Shown here in pieces: positions 61,258 through 64,000 of a stretch of 64,000 nt of DNA. The notes under the pieces are model-generated. The model was not told the DNA's origin, did no database searches, and saw nothing but the letters and a program-made list of their open reading frames with translations. The stretch is from Oscillospiraceae bacterium (GTDB lineage: Bacteria; Bacillota; Clostridia; Oscillospirales; JAAYXM01), in contig JAFSEA010000046.1 of the NCBI GenBank assembly GCA_017435965.1, forward strand, positions 2,974 through 66,973, in the 5' to 3' direction. Position numbers and translations under genes: made by a program. Positions within the stretch are counted from its first letter, which is position 1, and each line of letters opens with the position of its first letter.

Positions 61258-61661
61258 TGAATACACTCTCCAATTCTTTCGGAATCATCGAGTATAATAG
61301 CTTTGATTATATATGGAATGTGGCCCTTTCTCTCGGGAGAAGAGGACCAATACTTGTAGTCCTCATAAAAATCGTGAGAATATTCAAGTATGGCCGAGGC
61401 AAGCTTTTCTTTTGCAAGAGCTTCGGTTTCTGCATTCTCGACAAGGTCAATTTCATTTAAAGAAAGAGTGATGCTTCCGTCAGACTCTGTGTATCTGTTG
61501 GCAGTAAAGTTATATACAGACAAGATGTCTTGCATAAGTTCAATATTTGAAAGCATCATATAATCCCGTGTGCGCTTTATAAAGCTGGGACGCTCTCTGA
61601 TAACGCTATCGGAGACGGCACTCCAATTTTTACGGACATCCGTTGCATTTACAGTCAACAT
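61236..61661 (-). CDS. Putative antitoxin with Phd/YefM-like N-terminus
   Basis: MLTVNATDVRKNWSAVSDSVIRERPSFIKRTRDYMMLSNIELMQDIL resembles Phd/YefM antitoxin N-domains. RBS AAGGAG 7 nt upstream of ATG 61661. About 141 aa. Confidence 0.55.
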   Translation of the reverse strand: MLTVNATDVRKNWSAVSDSVIRERPSFIKRTRDYMMLSNIELMQDILSVYNFTANRYTESDGSITLSLNEIDLVENAETEALAKEKLASAILEYSHDFYEDYKYWSSSPERKGHIPYIIKAIILDDSERIGECIQCQDGKN

Positions 61662-61686
61662 ATCATTCAACTCCTTATCACCTCCG

Positions 61687-61715
61687 ATTATAGCATAAAA
61701 CGTACATTGTGTCAA
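61687..61715 (-). promoter_or_regulatory. Consensus sigma-A promoter of the toxin-antitoxin operon
   Basis: Minus strand: TTGACA (61715-61710), a 17-nt spacer, then TATAAT (61692-61687). Confidence 0.75.
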
Positions 61716-61728
61716 CAATGTACGTTTT
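61697..61728. promoter_or_regulatory. 13-bp perfect inverted repeat bracketing the -35 box (AAAACGTACATTG-TGTCAA-CAATGTACGTTTT), candidate TA operator
   Basis: The arms are 61697-61709 and 61716-61728. The central hexamer is the -35 element of the TA promoter. Confidence 0.6.
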
Positions 61729-61766
61729 AGTATATGTATGAACATATTTTTTATTCCTGCAAACGA

Positions 61767-61815
61767 AAATAGAGAAAGACCGGTCTGATGTGCGCAGACC
61801 GGTCTTTCTCTATTT
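61767..61815 (-). terminator. Strong terminator downstream of tadA
   Basis: Perfect 21-bp stem AAATAGAGAAAGACCGGTCTG / CAGACCGGTCTTTCTCTATTT with a 7-nt loop. On the minus strand it is followed by TTTTCGTTT. Confidence 0.8.
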
Positions 61816-61950
61816 GTTACAATAGGAGTGTGGGGAGGAGTAACAGAGAAAAGATTATTATCAATTTATGTAAACAGCCTTTCGGCTGATTACGTTTAAT
61901 ATTATAACTTGATTTTGTTAACAAATAAATCGAATTCTGTTAAGCAAATG

Positions 61951-62448
61951 TTAAACTTCATCTTTTTTCTCTTTTTTTCGCAGTTTGTTTCGCTCGCGAA
62001 GCCCACGGAAGAAGCGGGAGAGGATATCGGAGCATTCCGCTTCAAGCACACCCTCCGTGATTTCCGGCTTGTGGTTATAGGGAAGCTCAAAGAGATTTAT
62101 CACAGAGCCACAGCTTCCGGCTTTGGGGTCTCTTGCACCGAATATAACTCTCTCAACTCTTGAATTGATGCAGGCACCGGCACACATGGGACAAGGCTCC
62201 AATGTGACATAAAGCTCGCAGTCAACAAGTCGGAAGCTTTTCACTTTTTCCGAGGCTTCATTTATTGCGATAACTTCTGCATGGGTGAGGGGATTTCCGC
62301 TGCTTTCACGGAGATTATAGCCGCGGCCGATGATTTCATCACCGAGGACTATGACACAACCCACGGGAGCTTCTCCAAGCTCATATGCCTTCTCTGCAAG
62401 TGCGAGAGCTTCCTTCATATATAATTCATCACGTTTGATATCACACAT
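61951..62448 (-). CDS. tadA: tRNA adenosine(34) deaminase
   Basis: Zinc motifs HAEVIAINEA and PCPMCAGA. Start chosen at MCDIKRDELYMKEAL (ATG 62448), 4 nt after the upstream stop. Confidence 0.9.
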   Translation of the reverse strand: MCDIKRDELYMKEALALAEKAYELGEAPVGCVIVLGDEIIGRGYNLRESSGNPLTHAEVIAINEASEKVKSFRLVDCELYVTLEPCPMCAGACINSRVERVIFGARDPKAGSCGSVINLFELPYNHKPEITEGVLEAECSDILSRFFRGLRERNKLRKKEKKDEV

Positions 62449-62452
62449 GGCT

Positions 62453-63811
62453 TTAGTTCTTCTGACTGTGGATGGGGGCAGGGATTCTGCCGCCACGGGA
62501 TATAAGCTTTAAGGGTGAGCAGGTGCTGATGGGCATAATTGGTGCTTCGCCGAGGAGTCCGCCGTAGCTTACCGAATCGCCAACGCCCTTGCCATAGGCA
62601 GGGATAACACGGACAGCCGTCGTTTTATTATTGACAACGCCGATTGAGATTTCGTCTGCAATGATTGCGGAAATAACCTCGGGGGGAGTGTCGCCGGGAA
62701 CAGCTATCATATCAAGACCAACGGAGCATACTGCAGTCATTGCTTCAAGCTTATCAAAGGAAAGAAGTCCTTTTCTTGCCGCTTCAATCATACCTGCATC
62801 TTCGGAAACGGGGATGAACGCACCGGAGAGACCGCCGACATGGGGAGATGCCATAACGCCGCCTTTCTTGACTGCATCGTTGAGCATTGCAAGAGCCGCA
62901 GTTGTACCGTGGCTTCCAACGGAGGAAAGTCCCATCTCTTCAATGATATGTGCAACGGAATCACCTATCGCAGGAGTGGGGGCAAGGGATAAATCAACGA
63001 TACCGAAGGGGATGCCGAGTCTTTCTGCCGCAGTTTTTGCGACAAGCTGACCTGCACGGGTAATCTTGAAGGCAGTTCGCTTTATAACCTCGGCAAGGTC
63101 TGTGAGGTTGCAATCACCTGCACGCTTTATTGCCTTATGAACAACACCGGGGCCTGATACACCGACATTGATAACAGCTTCGCCTTCGCCGACACCGTGG
63201 AAAGCACCTGCCATAAAGGGGTTATCCTCGGTGGAGTTTGCAAATGCAACAAACTTTGCACAGGCAACGCTTTCGCGGTCACGGGTAAGATATGCCATCT
63301 TGCATACAAGCTCACCGAGAGTCTTGACCGCATCCATATTGATGCCTGCCCTTGTTGTTGCAACGTTTACAAATGAGCACACACGCTCGGTTTCGGAAAG
63401 TGCTTCGGGGAGAGAGTTTATAAGGGCAGTATCGCCCTTTGTCATACCCTTATGAACGAGAGCACCATAGCCTCCGATAAAGTTTATACCGAGAGTATCG
63501 GCGGCACGGTCGAGTGCCTTTGCAAGGATTGTTATATCCTCGCTCTCAACTGCATCGGCAAGCATTGATATGGGAGTTACGGAAACACGCTTGTTTACAA
63601 TCGGGATACCATATTCAACGGAAATCTGCTCCGCTGTGGGAACAAGCTTTTCTGCAGTTTTTGTAATTTTGTCATACACCTTGTCTGCAACGCGGTTTAT
63701 GTCGCTTCCTGCACAGTCACGGAGGGAGATTCCCATTGTGACGGTGCGGATATCAAGATGCTCTTCTTCGATCATCTTGATGGTTTCGAGAATGTCAAAT
63801 GAATTTATCAT
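62453..63811 (-). CDS. UPF0210 (DUF711, PFL-family-named) protein
   Basis: The N-terminus [33 protein letters not shown] is characteristic of UPF0210. About 452 aa. Sits downstream of an ACT-domain gene, as in the usual pair. ATG 63811 has RBS AGAGGTGAA. Confidence 0.85.
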   Translation of the reverse strand: MINSFDILETIKMIEEEHLDIRTVTMGISLRDCAGSDINRVADKVYDKITKTAEKLVPTAEQISVEYGIPIVNKRVSVTPISMLADAVESEDITILAKALDRAADTLGINFIGGYGALVHKGMTKGDTALINSLPEALSETERVCSFVNVATTRAGINMDAVKTLGELVCKMAYLTRDRESVACAKFVAFANSTEDNPFMAGAFHGVGEGEAVINVGVSGPGVVHKAIKRAGDCNLTDLAEVIKRTAFKITRAGQLVAKTAAERLGIPFGIVDLSLAPTPAIGDSVAHIIEEMGLSSVGSHGTTAALAMLNDAVKKGGVMASPHVGGLSGAFIPVSEDAGMIEAARKGLLSFDKLEAMTAVCSVGLDMIAVPGDTPPEVISAIIADEISIGVVNNKTTAVRVIPAYGKGVGDSVSYGGLLGEAPIMPISTCSPLKLISRGGRIPAPIHSQKN

Positions 63812-63826
63812 GGAGAGCTTCACCTC

Positions 63827-64000
63827 TTATATTCTGTGCATTGTGTTGAAGATATCCTCGTGCATTGCGAGAATCTTAAGACCCATATTGTCACCAAGGG
63901 TTGTAAGCTCGCCCTGAAGGGAAGCAAAGTCAACCTTGCTTGAAGTGATGTCAACAAGCATAACCATCACGAACATATCAGAGAGAACGCTCTGATTGAT
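63827..64000 (-). CDS. ACT-domain protein UPF0237 (3' part only; 5' end outside window)
   Basis: The minus-strand frame reads ...INQSVLSDMFVMVMLVDITSSKVDFASLQGELTTLGDNMGLKILAMHEDIFNTMHRI*. This is the typical C-terminus of the small ACT protein that precedes UPF0210 genes. Confidence 0.75.
   Translation of the reverse strand: MNQSVLSDMFVMVMLVDITSSKVDFASLQGELTTLGDNMGLKILAMHEDIFNTMHRI

Noticed and set aside
61816-61950. SRP/4.5S (scRNA) gene, which follows tadA in Bacillus-type synteny
   Set aside because: The gap is AT-rich and lacks the conserved domain IV sequence (GGAA tetraloop flanked by AGCAG/symmetric loop motifs) on either strand.
1-64000. Search for tRNA, rRNA, CRISPR arrays, transposases, integrases or phage genes
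   Set aside because: None was recognised. All intergenic gaps over 80 nt were read on both strands and are explained by promoters, terminators, the T-box leader or the features listed above. A computational scan (tRNAscan-SE, Infernal, ISfinder) would still be needed to be sure.

Overview
This is a 64-kb chromosomal segment that reads like a Gram-positive, SLH/S-layer-bearing Clostridia-type anaerobe. That is an inference from SLH anchors, a glycyl-radical enzyme, a T-box leader and several TTGACA-17-TATAAT-like promoters; no database search was possible. nt 1-32165 is dominated by four very large secreted proteins. Three are paralogous SLH-anchored heparinase II/III-type putative polysaccharide lyases: A (cut by the window start), B (2628 aa) and C (2842 aa). 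The fourth, D, is an anchorless 872-aa protein made only of binding-type modules. All four are built from Big_2-like Ig domains plus unassigned beta-sandwich-like modules (at least 11 copies in total). Every lyase core carries a conserved Cys4 zinc-ribbon-like insert. C appears to head a ~16-kb operon with six leaderless (cytoplasmic) enzymes of an unusual mix: TIM-barrel isomerase, amidohydrolase, DUF4838-like, ADP-ribosylglycohydrolase-like, creatininase-like and ceramidase-like. A diverged second copy of the DUF4838-like + ceramidase-like pair lies convergently behind an AraC gene. Divergent from that AraC gene is an operon encoding a glycyl-radical enzyme, its activase, a ROK protein and a SIS protein. 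I regard nt 1-49000 as a candidate undescribed system for glycan capture, depolymerisation and catabolism with a radical step; the substrate is unknown. The remainder holds housekeeping genes (coaD, tyrS, a Trp T-box-controlled orphan trpB, tadA, a UPF0210/ACT pair) and a stand-alone sulfite-reductase-like hemoprotein. It also holds a small accessory islet with a SLOG/DUF1273 gene, XRE regulators, a Ser-rich tandem-repeat surface protein with a papain-like domain, and a Phd-like/HicA-like toxin-antitoxin pair with a textbook promoter/operator. No rRNA, tRNA, CRISPR array, transposase or integrase was recognised by eye.
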